The position numbers were made by a program, and so were the translations under genes. This document shows, in pieces, positions 39,811-49,381 of a stretch of DNA of 64,000 bases; the first letter of the stretch is position 1, and each line of letters starts with the position of its first letter. The DNA is from Candidatus Latescibacterota bacterium. Its GTDB lineage: Bacteria > Latescibacterota > UBA2968 > UBA8231. The DNA is taken from assembly GCA_963422735.1 (NCBI GenBank), contig OY730476.1:4128001-4192000 (forward strand), read 5' to 3'. The notes under the pieces are model-generated. The model did no database searches, was not told the origin of the DNA, and worked only from the letters and a program-made list of their open reading frames with translations.

Positions 39811-41294
39811 CGCTTTGCTAGAATTCGCTCGGCGGCCCGCAGGGCGTTGGCTGCGATCGTCAGACTTGGATTTACCCCGCCCGAAGACGGCATGAAGCTG
39901 CCGTCGGACACGTAGAGATTTTCGCTGTCCCAATAGCGGCAATCCACGTCGAGTACGCCTTCCTCCGGTGCGGTGGCGCAGCGCAGGGTACCTACGGCGT
40001 GCGAGAAGGAATCGATCAAGTAGCGATAGTGCAGCAGACCGCCTGCTTGCCGCAATACGGCCTCTGCTTTGGCCAACAAGTAGTCGCGGCGGCGACAGTC
40101 GGCGTTGCTGTAGGCGTGCTCTATCTGCACCAGTTCCATGCCGAAGACGTCCTGCTCGCCGGCCAACGACACGCGGTTTTCTCGGCTTGGATCGTCTTCG
40201 GCGATGCAGAGCAAGCTCTGCATGCGGCTGGCCAGCAGCCCGGCGAGGGTCTTGAGGCCCCAAGGGGTGTGGTGTCGGATGATGGGGGGAGCTGGCGTGT
40301 AGATGTCTTGGATGACGCCTGTGGCCGTACCCAATTCAGCGCGCAGGTCTTCGTAGAAATCGGAAAGGCAGAGCTGTTTGTGGAAGACCTGCTGTGGGTT
40401 GGTGCGAAAGGGAAAGACGCAACTGACAACCCCGTTGCAGTGGCGCATGAGAAAGCGCCCAATCAGGGGGTGATCGAATCCCGAGCGCAGCATCAGGGCC
40501 GGGCTATTGAGCGCCCCGGCAGCCAAGACCACCAAGTCGGCCGAAAGCGCGTGGGTTTGCCGGGATGCGCTGTCCACGTATTCGACTCGCTCGACGCGCC
40601 CGCCCCGTTGCACCAGCCGCCGCGCCACCGCGCCGACGACAATATCCAGCCCGGCCGCCGAGGCAGCGGCCAGTACGGTGGAAGCCATGTCGTTTTTGGC
40701 CTCCACCTTACAGGGGAATCCGTCACAGGTGATACAGCGCAGACAAAGAGGCCGGGTGCGGTCGGAAAAGTTGATCGCCAGTGGGATCTTGAACGGCCGC
40801 AGTCCCAAGGCTGTTCCCGCTCGGTAAATGCGCCGGGCTGGTGCGCTTAATTCAACAGCGCGGCGCGGATAGGCATCCAGCCCCGGGGGCTGGTAGGGAT
40901 CGGAGTCCACCTCGCCGTGTACTCCAAGAAGTTGCTCGGCGCGGGCGTAGTACGGTGCTAAGTCTGCATAGGAAAAGGGCCAGCGGGCAAAATCCGCCGG
41001 CCGCAGCCGCAGCGACGCTCCGCCGTAAAAGACCGAGTTGCCGCCGACGACCTCGTTGGGATAGGTGCGCTGAAAGGTGCGGCGTCCGTACTGCTTGACC
41101 AAAAGAGGCGAGGCTGCGCGGTAGCGCTTTTGCAGTAGGATGGTGCGCTGATCCCAGTCCGCGTCGTCGCGCTTGGCCCATTGGCCTCGCTCCAGCAGCG
41201 CGGTCTTCAGCCCGGCTTGCACCAGCACGTGAGCCACCAACGAGCCGCCGAATCCGGAGCCGATTACCACTGCATCATAGTGCGCCGCGTTCAT
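39807..41294 (-). CDS. GMC-family FAD oxidoreductase
   Basis: VIGSGFGG, VGGNSVFYG, CITCDGFPC, HAVGT, VNPSLTIAANA. Confidence 0.92.
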   Translation of the reverse strand: MNAAHYDAVVIGSGFGGSLVAHVLVQAGLKTALLERGQWAKRDDADWDQRTILLQKRYRAASPLLVKQYGRRTFQRTYPNEVVGGNSVFYGGASLRLRPADFARWPFSYADLAPYYARAEQLLGVHGEVDSDPYQPPGLDAYPRRAVELSAPARRIYRAGTALGLRPFKIPLAINFSDRTRPLCLRCITCDGFPCKVEAKNDMASTVLAAASAAGLDIVVGAVARRLVQRGGRVERVEYVDSASRQTHALSADLVVLAAGALNSPALMLRSGFDHPLIGRFLMRHCNGVVSCVFPFRTNPQQVFHKQLCLSDFYEDLRAELGTATGVIQDIYTPAPPIIRHHTPWGLKTLAGLLASRMQSLLCIAEDDPSRENRVSLAGEQDVFGMELVQIEHAYSNADCRRRDYLLAKAEAVLRQAGGLLHYRYLIDSFSHAVGTLRCATAPEEGVLDVDCRYWDSENLYVSDGSFMPSSGGVNPSLTIAANALRAAERILAKR

Positions 41295-42117
41295 GGGCGT
41301 AGAGCGCGGCCAGCCCGGCGATGATCGCCAAGGCCGCGTAGTGGAACTTCTCGCGAGTGTCCAATTCTCGCTGAATTCTGGGCAGGTTGGGTTGGAATTT
41401 CCCGGACATATTGCGCTGGATGTAGGTCTTGTAATACTCGACGGTGAATCGCTCTAGCCCGCCATTTATGTAAATGAGAAAACCCAGCCCGACCGGGTGT
41501 TCGGGGTTGCCGAGCAAGTAAAACAGCGGACTCAAGACGGCCAAGACGACCCCAGAGCGCTGAAATTTGAGCCACTTGAATCCTTCGAAGGGCGCGTCCT
41601 TGTAAGCGCCCCCCAAGGCCACGAGCAGCCCAGTGCAATACCCGGTCACTAGATAGCCCCAAAAGCTCTTGACGGGCGCGGCGACGAGTAGGAAGGCGAA
41701 GACAATGGCAACAATTAGGATCCCCGTGCCATAGCGGAGGAGGTCGCTGGTGACCGGGCGGCCAAAGAAGGTAATGCGCGAGGGCACGAAGTACTTTTGC
41801 TGGTCTTCGGTGCGGAAGAAGCCCTTGTAGATTTCGGCGAGGAAACGCTCTAGACCCATGATCAGGAAAAACATTTGCACGAGGCCGAGCTGCTGGAATT
41901 GTGCGCTGAAATACGGGATGAAATACAGCGGCAAAAAGATTGCGATGTGGAAGTAGATGCTGCGCGGAAAAGTCTTGGGCTTGAAGCCTTCATAAGGAGC
42001 GTCTTTGAACGCGCCCCACAGGCAAGTGTAGAGGCCGGAGACGAGGGTGGTGATAAATGGCAAGGCGAAGGTCATGGTTCGTTGGGCGGTTGTTGGAGTG
42101 GCCAAAGCATCTGCCAA
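41275..42117 (-). CDS. Uncharacterised integral membrane protein with an internal duplication
   Basis: Two copies of GAxKDAP[YF]EGFK...F.RS and GLERF..E.YK among hydrophobic helices; start may be ATG 42075. Confidence 0.8.
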   Translation of the reverse strand: MADALATPTTAQRTMTFALPFITTLVSGLYTCLWGAFKDAPYEGFKPKTFPRSIYFHIAIFLPLYFIPYFSAQFQQLGLVQMFFLIMGLERFLAEIYKGFFRTEDQQKYFVPSRITFFGRPVTSDLLRYGTGILIVAIVFAFLLVAAPVKSFWGYLVTGYCTGLLVALGGAYKDAPFEGFKWLKFQRSGVVLAVLSPLFYLLGNPEHPVGLGFLIYINGGLERFTVEYYKTYIQRNMSGKFQPNLPRIQRELDTREKFHYAALAIIAGLAALYAHERGAL

Positions 42118-42239
42118 TAGTAGGCGTCACTCCCCGGTTGGGCAAACGCCCCGCGTGTTGACGTCATTTATACCATTGGTCAGTTTTTGAGGCGATTCGG
42201 TCCCTATCTACTGCACAATTTCAACAAGGAGCTTTTTAC

Positions 42240-43103
42240 ATGCGGCTCGGCGTCGTCGGCATGTTGCCCCCGGACTTTCGCGATATCAGCGACCAACACC
42301 TAGCGGCGATCAAGGCGCTCAATCTCACGGGCGCGGCCTTTCACGCTCCTGGGGAAAAGCTGTTTGCCATCACAGCCGCAGAGTGCCACAAGGTGCGCGA
42401 TACCATTGCGGCCGCGGGCATGGAACTGCCCCAGTTCGGCATTAGCTTTTCCGAGTGCCTGTTTGATCCCAACCCTACGGTGCGCGACCAAGTAGTAAGC
42501 AAAGTCGAGCGCGGCATCGAAGTCGCCCGCGACTTGGCTGCCCATACCTGCCTAATCCGCACGGGCAGTCTCAACCCATCCGGTTCGTACTCGCCATCGC
42601 CGCTCAATCTCACGCCCGAGGCGTGCGCCCTGCTCGTCGAAACCCTCAAGCGCGTGGCCGCCAAAGCCGGAGCCGAAGCCGTTACCATAGTCATTGAGAC
42701 GCATCTGCTCACCATCATGGGATCGCCAGAAGTAAACCGCGATGTGCTGCAAGCGGTTGGCTCTGAGCGCATGATGGTGGTCATGGATTACGTCAACCAT
42801 TTTCAGAATTTGCACCAAGTGTACAACAGCACCGAGCGTCTGCAGCACATATTTGAGATTATGAACCCCATCTCCGTCGTCGGGCACTGCAAGGATATTA
42901 AGCTGTCCAATGGCTTGGTGCTTCACATCGACGAGGAGGTGCCCGGCGATGGCGAACTCGATCTTGCCACCGCGCTCAAGCTGTGGCACGACGCCCATCC
43001 CGATGGCTATATGCTCCTAGAGCATCTGCCCAACGAGAAATACCCCAGAGCCGCCGCCAATGTCCACCGCATCCTTGCCGAAGCCGGCATTCCCGTGCAT
43101 TAA
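42240..43103 (+). CDS. Sugar phosphate isomerase/epimerase (AP_endonuc_2 TIM barrel)
   Basis: IETH, MDYVN, HCKD, PGDGELD, LEH metal ligands. Confidence 0.85.
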   Translation: MRLGVVGMLPPDFRDISDQHLAAIKALNLTGAAFHAPGEKLFAITAAECHKVRDTIAAAGMELPQFGISFSECLFDPNPTVRDQVVSKVERGIEVARDLAAHTCLIRTGSLNPSGSYSPSPLNLTPEACALLVETLKRVAAKAGAEAVTIVIETHLLTIMGSPEVNRDVLQAVGSERMMVVMDYVNHFQNLHQVYNSTERLQHIFEIMNPISVVGHCKDIKLSNGLVLHIDEEVPGDGELDLATALKLWHDAHPDGYMLLEHLPNEKYPRAAANVHRILAEAGIPVH

Positions 43104-43131
43104 AAACGTCCATCTAACTAAGGAGAATACT

Positions 43132-44322
43132 GTGATTAAACCCCACGGCGCAGAAGAACTCAAACCGCTCTACGTTGAAGACGATGCTGTGCGTACTCAG
43201 CTTCTAGAAGAAGCCGCTAGCCTACCCTCTGTAGTCGTCTCTTCGGCCGCCGCATCCTCAGCCGTCATGCTCGGCTCAGGTTACTTTACCCCGCTTACAG
43301 GCTTTATGGACGCCGCCGCCGCCAAAAGCGTGGCTGCCAACATGCACGCGGCCGACGGCCTGCTGTGGCCCACCCCGGTTGTCAACATGGTCCCCGGCGA
43401 TCAGGATCTGGCGGGCGTGGCGCCCGGCCGCCGCATCGCCCTGTTGGATCCCAATGTGGACGGCAATCCCGTCCTTGCCATCCAAGAGGTCACCGCGGTC
43501 GAATCGCTTGCTGATGCGGAGCGAGCCGCCATCATTGCCCAAGTTTTTGGCACGGACGACGACGCCCATCCCGGAGTTACCGCGTTCAAGGCCGCGGGCG
43601 ATACCCTCATCGCGGGGCCTATCGAGGTGCTCAACTTCTCGTATTTCCCCGGCGACTTTCCCCAGACCTTCCGCACCGCGGTTGAACTCCGCGCCGAGAT
43701 CGCCGAGCGCGGTTGGAACCGGGTCGTGGCCTTCCAAACCCGCAATCCCATGCACCGCGCCCACGAAGAGTTGTGCCGCATGGCGCAGCAGGCCGTCGAG
43801 GCCGATGGCATCCTCGTCCACATGCTACTGGGCAAGCTCAAAGCCGGCGACATCCCAGCCGACGTGCGCGACGCCTCCATCCGCAAGATGGTCGAACTCT
43901 ACTTCCCGGAAAATACCGCGATGATCGCCGGCTATGGCTTCGACATGCTCTACGCCGGCCCGCGCGAGGCCGTACTCCACGCCATCTTCCGCCAGAACAG
44001 CGGCTGTACGCATCTGATCGTGGGCCGCGACCATGCGGGTGTTGGCGATTACTACGGAGCGTTTGACGCGCAGACCATTTTCGACGGCATCAGCGATGCC
44101 CTCGAAATCGAAATTTTCCGCGGCGATCACACCGTCTGGTGCAAGGAGTGCAACGAGGTGATGATGATGCGCGACTGCCCGCACGACGGCGACGCGTACC
44201 TGTTTCTGTCGGGGACCCAAGTCCGCGAGAAGCTAGCCGCTGGCGAGCCGTTGCCGCCGGAGTTTGCGCGCCCGGAAGTGGCCGAAATTCTCGCGGAGTA
44301 CTATCAGCGGGAAGCTGTTTAA
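43132..44322 (+). CDS. sat: Sulfate adenylyltransferase (ATP sulfurylase)
   Basis: AFQTRNPMHRAHE, MLYAGPREAVLHA, VGRDHAGVGDYY, LSGT.VR, PPEFARPEV. Confidence 0.95.
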   Translation: MIKPHGAEELKPLYVEDDAVRTQLLEEAASLPSVVVSSAAASSAVMLGSGYFTPLTGFMDAAAAKSVAANMHAADGLLWPTPVVNMVPGDQDLAGVAPGRRIALLDPNVDGNPVLAIQEVTAVESLADAERAAIIAQVFGTDDDAHPGVTAFKAAGDTLIAGPIEVLNFSYFPGDFPQTFRTAVELRAEIAERGWNRVVAFQTRNPMHRAHEELCRMAQQAVEADGILVHMLLGKLKAGDIPADVRDASIRKMVELYFPENTAMIAGYGFDMLYAGPREAVLHAIFRQNSGCTHLIVGRDHAGVGDYYGAFDAQTIFDGISDALEIEIFRGDHTVWCKECNEVMMMRDCPHDGDAYLFLSGTQVREKLAAGEPLPPEFARPEVAEILAEYYQREAV

Positions 44323-44337
44323 CCAGAGGAGAACGCG

Positions 44338-44697
44338 ATGTCTGCACATACCGTATTTCGCGCGGCGATTCCCAAACAGGCGGCACTAAACATTGCCAGC
44401 GCAGTCTCCTTCTACGCACAGCGACTCGGGTTCACCGAGCTGTTCCAATCAGAAGATTACGCCGGCGTACGGCGCGACAAGGTCGAGATACACCTATGGC
44501 TATGCGATGACAAAAACATCCCCGAAAAAACCGCCTGCCGGGTCCAGGTGGAAAATATCGATCCGCTCTACGCAGAATATCAGGACGAAGGTGTGATTCA
44601 CCCGCACAGTTCGCTGCAAGAGACGCCTTGGGGAATGAAGGAATTCACCATTCTCGACTTGGACGGAAATGGGATTACATTTTTTGAGTTTTTGTGA
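44338..44697 (+). CDS. VOC / bleomycin-resistance family protein
   Basis: FY...LGF, TPWGMKEFTILDLDGN. Confidence 0.85.
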   Translation: MSAHTVFRAAIPKQAALNIASAVSFYAQRLGFTELFQSEDYAGVRRDKVEIHLWLCDDKNIPEKTACRVQVENIDPLYAEYQDEGVIHPHSSLQETPWGMKEFTILDLDGNGITFFEFL

Positions 44698-44724
44698 TCG
44701 GCGAAATTCCGGACTGAGAAAAAG

Positions 44725-45543
44725 ATGGCAAACGTTAAAAAACTACATTACCCCGATGATTTCATAGATCAGTTTATCTGTGGTAATGCCACGGATATTA
44801 TGCAGCAGATACCTAGCGGTAGTGTCGACTTAGTTGTGACCTCGCCGCCCTATAATCTCAAGAATTCAACGGGCAATGGGATGAAAGACGGCAGGGGTGG
44901 CAAGTGGTCTGGTGCCGCATTAGTCGACGGCTATTCTCATTACGGCGACAACGTGCCACACGAAGAATACGTGCGATGGCAAAGAGAGTGTTTGCGGGAA
45001 ATGTTGCGCGTTATTCCCGAAAATGGCGCAATTTTTTATAACCACAAGTGGCGAGTACAAGCTGGCCTATTGCAAGACAGGAACGACATTGTTTCTGGTT
45101 TTCCCGTTAGGCAAATCATTATATGGAAGCGAAAAGGCGGCATAAACTTTAACCCAGGTTATTTTTTGCCGACGTATGAGGTGATATACATGATTGCCAA
45201 GTCGGAATTCAAATTGGTGGAAAAAGCAAATGCCCACGGCGATATATGGGAATTTGGCCAAGAGAGTAAAAATAGACACCCAGCCCCTTTCCCTGTCGCT
45301 TTGATAGAGCGCATCATTTCGTCTATAAGTGCTAAGATCGTCCTCGATCCTTTCATGGGGTCAGGTACTACGGCTCTCGCAACAAAGAACCTCGATAGAA
45401 ACTTTATCGGTATAGACCTTTCCCCCGAATACTGCGATATGGCCTTAAAAAGGCTTAATGACCCTCTATCTGCAGCAAGAGATGACAAAGACGATAAAAA
45501 GATACAGCAAACCCCATTGTTTGACGACTGGAGCGTAAAATGA
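44725..45543 (+). CDS. Beta-class N4/N6 DNA methyltransferase
   Basis: DLVVTSPPY, HPAPFP, VLDPFMGSGTT. Confidence 0.92.
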   Translation: MANVKKLHYPDDFIDQFICGNATDIMQQIPSGSVDLVVTSPPYNLKNSTGNGMKDGRGGKWSGAALVDGYSHYGDNVPHEEYVRWQRECLREMLRVIPENGAIFYNHKWRVQAGLLQDRNDIVSGFPVRQIIIWKRKGGINFNPGYFLPTYEVIYMIAKSEFKLVEKANAHGDIWEFGQESKNRHPAPFPVALIERIISSISAKIVLDPFMGSGTTALATKNLDRNFIGIDLSPEYCDMALKRLNDPLSAARDDKDDKKIQQTPLFDDWSVK

Positions 45544-46314
45544 AAACATATACAAAAGAGGGTTTAGTCCTAGCATTGCAGAAAATTCGTGATATAGGAT
45601 GGATTCCGACTGGTAGAAAGGATAACGATGGTGGCGTCGGCAATACGCTTGAAGATTTATTGGGAATAGAAGAAAACAATTTACCTATACCCAATGCAGC
45701 GGAGTGGGAACTAAAGACGCAGAAGAAAGACACAAGCTCATTGGTCACATTATTTCACATGGAACCATCCCCACGTGTGTACAAGTTTGTTCCGTTAATT
45801 ATTACTGCCTGTATTTGGCTGGCGACATAAAGAAGCTGGAACTAGATATCCACAGGATGAAAAAAGTTTTAGACAGACTATAAATGCCAAAACCTATAGT
45901 AATAGGGGATTTGCTATAAAAGTAGATAGAAATAACAAGAAAGTTTTGATTGATTTTAGCCATGAACTCATCGATCTTCAAGCCCATACAGAATGGGCTA
46001 ATAATTTAAGATGTGAGGAGCTAAAGCCTCAACCATACTGGGGATTCGACGACCTATTTCATAAGGCGGGAACTAAGCTGCATAATTGCTTTTTTATGTT
46101 AGCAGAATCTAAAAAAATTGATGGAATACTACATTTTTACTATCAAGAAATTTTCGTACTAAAAACACTTGATATTGAAAAATTTATTAATGCGATTGAA
46201 AACGGAGATGTTTATATAGACTTTGACGCAAGAACGGGACATAATCACGGAACCAAGTTTAGACTGAAGAGAGAAGCTTTGATAGATTTATACGCGGAAG
46301 TCGAACAGTACTGA
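45540..46314 (+). pseudogene. MvaI/BcnI-family restriction endonuclease with a single frameshift
   Basis: GGVGNTLEDLLGIEENN, WELK, TLFH, RTGHNHGTKFR; frame changes at ~45801 and is then open to 46314. Confidence 0.85.
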
Positions 46315-46377
46315 TATACAGCAATTGTTTATCTAGCTCGGCCAACCCAGGCCAAACGCAACGACGGGGAGAGAGCA

Positions 46378-47394
46378 ATGGAATATCGCAGAATGGGCCG
46401 CACCGGCCTCAAAGTATCGGAAGTTTGCCTTGGCACCATGACCTTTGGCCACAGCACCGACGAGCAGGAGGCCAAGCGGATCGTCGATCTGGCGTTTGAC
46501 GCGGGTATCAATTTCTTCGACACGGCCGATTCTTATGGCGGCGGTGAGTCCGAGGTCTTCACTGGCAAGGCACTCAAGGGCCGCCGTCGCGATGCGGTTA
46601 TTGCCACCAAGTTCTTCAACCCCATGGGGCCTGGTCCCAATGATTCGGGGATGTCGCGGGTGCGCGTTATGAACGCCATCGAAGACAGCCTCCAGCGACT
46701 GCAGACAGACTACATCGATCTCTATTATATTCACCACGTAGATACCCAAACCCCTTTGGAGGAGATGTTGCGTGCCCTCGACGATTTGGTCCACCAAGGC
46801 AAGGTGCGCTATATCGCCTGTTCCAACTACCAAGCATGGCGCTTGATGGAAGCGTTGTGGATATCGGACGCGAATGGCTTGGCCCGCTTTGAGTGCTACC
46901 AACCGCAGTACAGCTTGGTCGTGCGCGACATCGAGCAGGAGCTGATTCCCGTCTGTCAGCTCAAGGGCCTCGGCGTGGTGGTGTGGAGTCCGCTCGGCGG
47001 CGGCTTTCTCTCTGGCAAGTACCGGCCCGGCGCACGCACCTTAGAAGGTACGCGTTCTGCCGATGCTTGGGCCTATCCGCAAAGCTATTTTGCCGCCAAT
47101 GCCGACGATACCTTGCAGACTCTCCTAGCGATAGCCGATGAGATAAGTCGCTCGCCCGCCCAAGTCGCGTTGCGTTGGGTTTTGGAACAATCGGCCATCA
47201 CCTCGGTCATCATCGGTGCGCGCACCGCCGAGCAGGCGCGCGAAAACATGCTTGCGGGCAGCTTTTGTCTCCCGGACGGGGCCCGAGCCCGGCTCGACGA
47301 AGTCTCTTATCTCCCGCATCGCTACCCGGAGGCCATGGAAGCGAACATGCACGAGCGCCGCGACGATGCGGTCGATATGCCTGCGCTGGAGTAA
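46378..47394 (+). CDS. Aldo/keto reductase
   Basis: CLGTMTFG, FDTADSY, SLQRLQTDYIDLY, WSPLGGG. Confidence 0.92.
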   Translation: MEYRRMGRTGLKVSEVCLGTMTFGHSTDEQEAKRIVDLAFDAGINFFDTADSYGGGESEVFTGKALKGRRRDAVIATKFFNPMGPGPNDSGMSRVRVMNAIEDSLQRLQTDYIDLYYIHHVDTQTPLEEMLRALDDLVHQGKVRYIACSNYQAWRLMEALWISDANGLARFECYQPQYSLVVRDIEQELIPVCQLKGLGVVVWSPLGGGFLSGKYRPGARTLEGTRSADAWAYPQSYFAANADDTLQTLLAIADEISRSPAQVALRWVLEQSAITSVIIGARTAEQARENMLAGSFCLPDGARARLDEVSYLPHRYPEAMEANMHERRDDAVDMPALE

Positions 47395-47427
47395 GAGGCA
47401 GTCGTACCGTAATTTCTGTATGTCTGT

Positions 47428-47636
47428 ATGACCGACAACGAATTTATTCGCAAGGCAAGAAGACTTGGCCGAAAAAACGGGGTGAAGTCGCATTCGCCGC
47501 CCAGCGTGGCAAAGGCAGCCATGGTACACTCTACGGCACCCGCTTTACTATCGTCTGCAATCCCAAGGATGAGCTTAAAACAGGCGCGTTACACGCTATG
47601 CTAGACCAACTTGGCCTTACTCCCGACGCTCTATAG
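47428..47636 (+). pseudogene. HicA-family toxin, frameshifted
   Basis: MTDNEFIRKARRLGRKNG, shift near 47482, then QRGKGSHGTLY...ELKTGALHAMLDQLGL. Confidence 0.8.
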
Positions 47637-47637
47637 G

Positions 47638-48030
47638 ATGCCTTGTGCAAACTTCATCTACTCGGCGGCTTTGACTCCTGACGAAGAGGACGGCGGTGCT
47701 GTCGGCACTTTTCGCGATTCGCAAGGGGAGGCCGTTGAAGATGCGCTTAGAGAAGCCGCTGACGGTTTGGAAGAAGCGATTGCCAACCGGATCGTCATGG
47801 GGCTGCCCATTCCTCAACCCACTGCCATCTCCCTGTCCGCGCAAATGGCCGCCAAAGCCGCGCACCATAGCGGCCTTACCCACATCGAACTAGCCAAACG
47901 CCTACAGTGCGACGCGAGGGAAATCCGCCACCTACTAGACCTGCGTCACGCCTCCGAACTGCCGCGCATTGAAGCCGCCTTGGCGGCGATGAGCCAGCAG
48001 CTAGTCGTAGCCCCCCATAGTGCCGCTTAG
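47638..48030 (+). pseudogene. HicB-family antitoxin with HTH, apparently internally deleted
   Basis: DGG..TFRD-QGE.VEDAL.EA.D.L, ELAKRL, IEAALAA; segments usual for the family appear to be missing. Confidence 0.7.
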
Positions 48031-49375
48031 CAACGGCCAATGTCCCCTCCAGGCCGCCAAGACCTGCGATCTTCACGTCCACCTCTACGGCGGCCTCTTC
48101 GCCGCCGACCTCTTAGATCTGGGCCGCGATTACTACGAGAAAATTGATTGGTCGCTCTTTGTCGATAGTTTTGAACGAGCCTATGGCAAGCGGCCCGACC
48201 CAGTCGCGCTCTTCCGCGAGGCCCTCCACAGGCAGTGCCTCGATCCCATCAAGGCGCACTACATATACGGCGCCGAAGACGGTGGCGACTTCGCTCGCTT
48301 CCAAGCCAAATTCAACATGGCCATCTGCATCTATCGCCATTGGTGGAAGGGATTAGACAAGGCGGAGGAAATCTGGCGGCGCGTCTTGGCCCACCACCGC
48401 CGCGAGGGCCTGCGCTACGTCGAATATCGGGTGATGGCCCCCTACGATCACGCGCAGCCCGAAGCCTTCGTGCAGTTTCACCAGTTCATTGCCCGCTTTC
48501 TCCGCCAAGCCTCTACTTCGGTTTTTGAGGTGCGCTACCTCATCAGCCTGCCGCGCTGGGCACCACTCGAATGCTACCAGCTGGTCCAACGCCTGCTCGA
48601 CGAAAACGAGGATTTGATCCCCACGGTCGTCGGCCTCGACTTTTGCCACTTTGAGGAGGGCTGCCCGCCTGCGCGCACTCGCGCTTTCTTCCGCCGCCTG
48701 CGCCGCGACAATGAGCTGCGCCCGGAGCGCGCCCTCGATGTGGCCTATCACGTCGGCGAGGTGTACTTCGACAAATCGCTCGAAAGCGCGGTGCGCTGGT
48801 GCCACGAAGCCGCGGAGCTGGGTGCGCTTCGCTTAGGGCACTGCACTGCGCTCGGGCTCGACCCGGAGGTTGCCGTGGCTCGTCGGCCCCAAGCACACGA
48901 GAGAGAGCCGATAAGCGAGCGCTTGGCCCAGATCGCCTATGATTTACAACACAAGGCTGCATTGCAGGACTTCGGCGTCCCGGTTGATGACCAAGCGCTG
49001 ATGCAGGAGCGCAGCAGCCTCTTGGTCCGGCCCGGCGATGCGTTCGTTTGCCGCGCATACGATTCCCCGCGCTTCGAAGCAGTGCGCGGACGGCAGGACT
49101 TTGCGCTCAGCCGCTTGGTCGCGCTCGGCACAGTCGTCGAGACGTGCCCGACCTCCAACTTGCGCATAGGTGCCGTGCCCGATGCTAAAGATCATCCGGT
49201 GCATCGCTTCCTAGCCTCGGATGTCCGCGTAGCCATTGGTGCCGACGACCCTGGGCTTTTCGACTGCACGCTCGCCGACGAGGTCGACTGGGTCCAACGC
49301 CATACTGGCATGGCTCCCGACGCGCTGCAAGCCCGCCTTGGCGACCCGCGCAACTACCGATTTGGCCCGCGTTAG
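48020..49375 (+). CDS. Adenosine deaminase-like metallo-amidohydrolase
   Basis: DLHVHL.G, HVGE, RLGH, CPTSN, GADDP. Confidence 0.85.
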   Translation: MPLSNGQCPLQAAKTCDLHVHLYGGLFAADLLDLGRDYYEKIDWSLFVDSFERAYGKRPDPVALFREALHRQCLDPIKAHYIYGAEDGGDFARFQAKFNMAICIYRHWWKGLDKAEEIWRRVLAHHRREGLRYVEYRVMAPYDHAQPEAFVQFHQFIARFLRQASTSVFEVRYLISLPRWAPLECYQLVQRLLDENEDLIPTVVGLDFCHFEEGCPPARTRAFFRRLRRDNELRPERALDVAYHVGEVYFDKSLESAVRWCHEAAELGALRLGHCTALGLDPEVAVARRPQAHEREPISERLAQIAYDLQHKAALQDFGVPVDDQALMQERSSLLVRPGDAFVCRAYDSPRFEAVRGRQDFALSRLVALGTVVETCPTSNLRIGAVPDAKDHPVHRFLASDVRVAIGADDPGLFDCTLADEVDWVQRHTGMAPDALQARLGDPRNYRFGPR

Positions 49376-49381
49376 AGACAG

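Noticed and set aside
48020-49375. RADAR anti-phage RdrB
   Set aside because: No adjacent RdrA-type ATPase, host-like composition, and shorter than I would expect for RdrB
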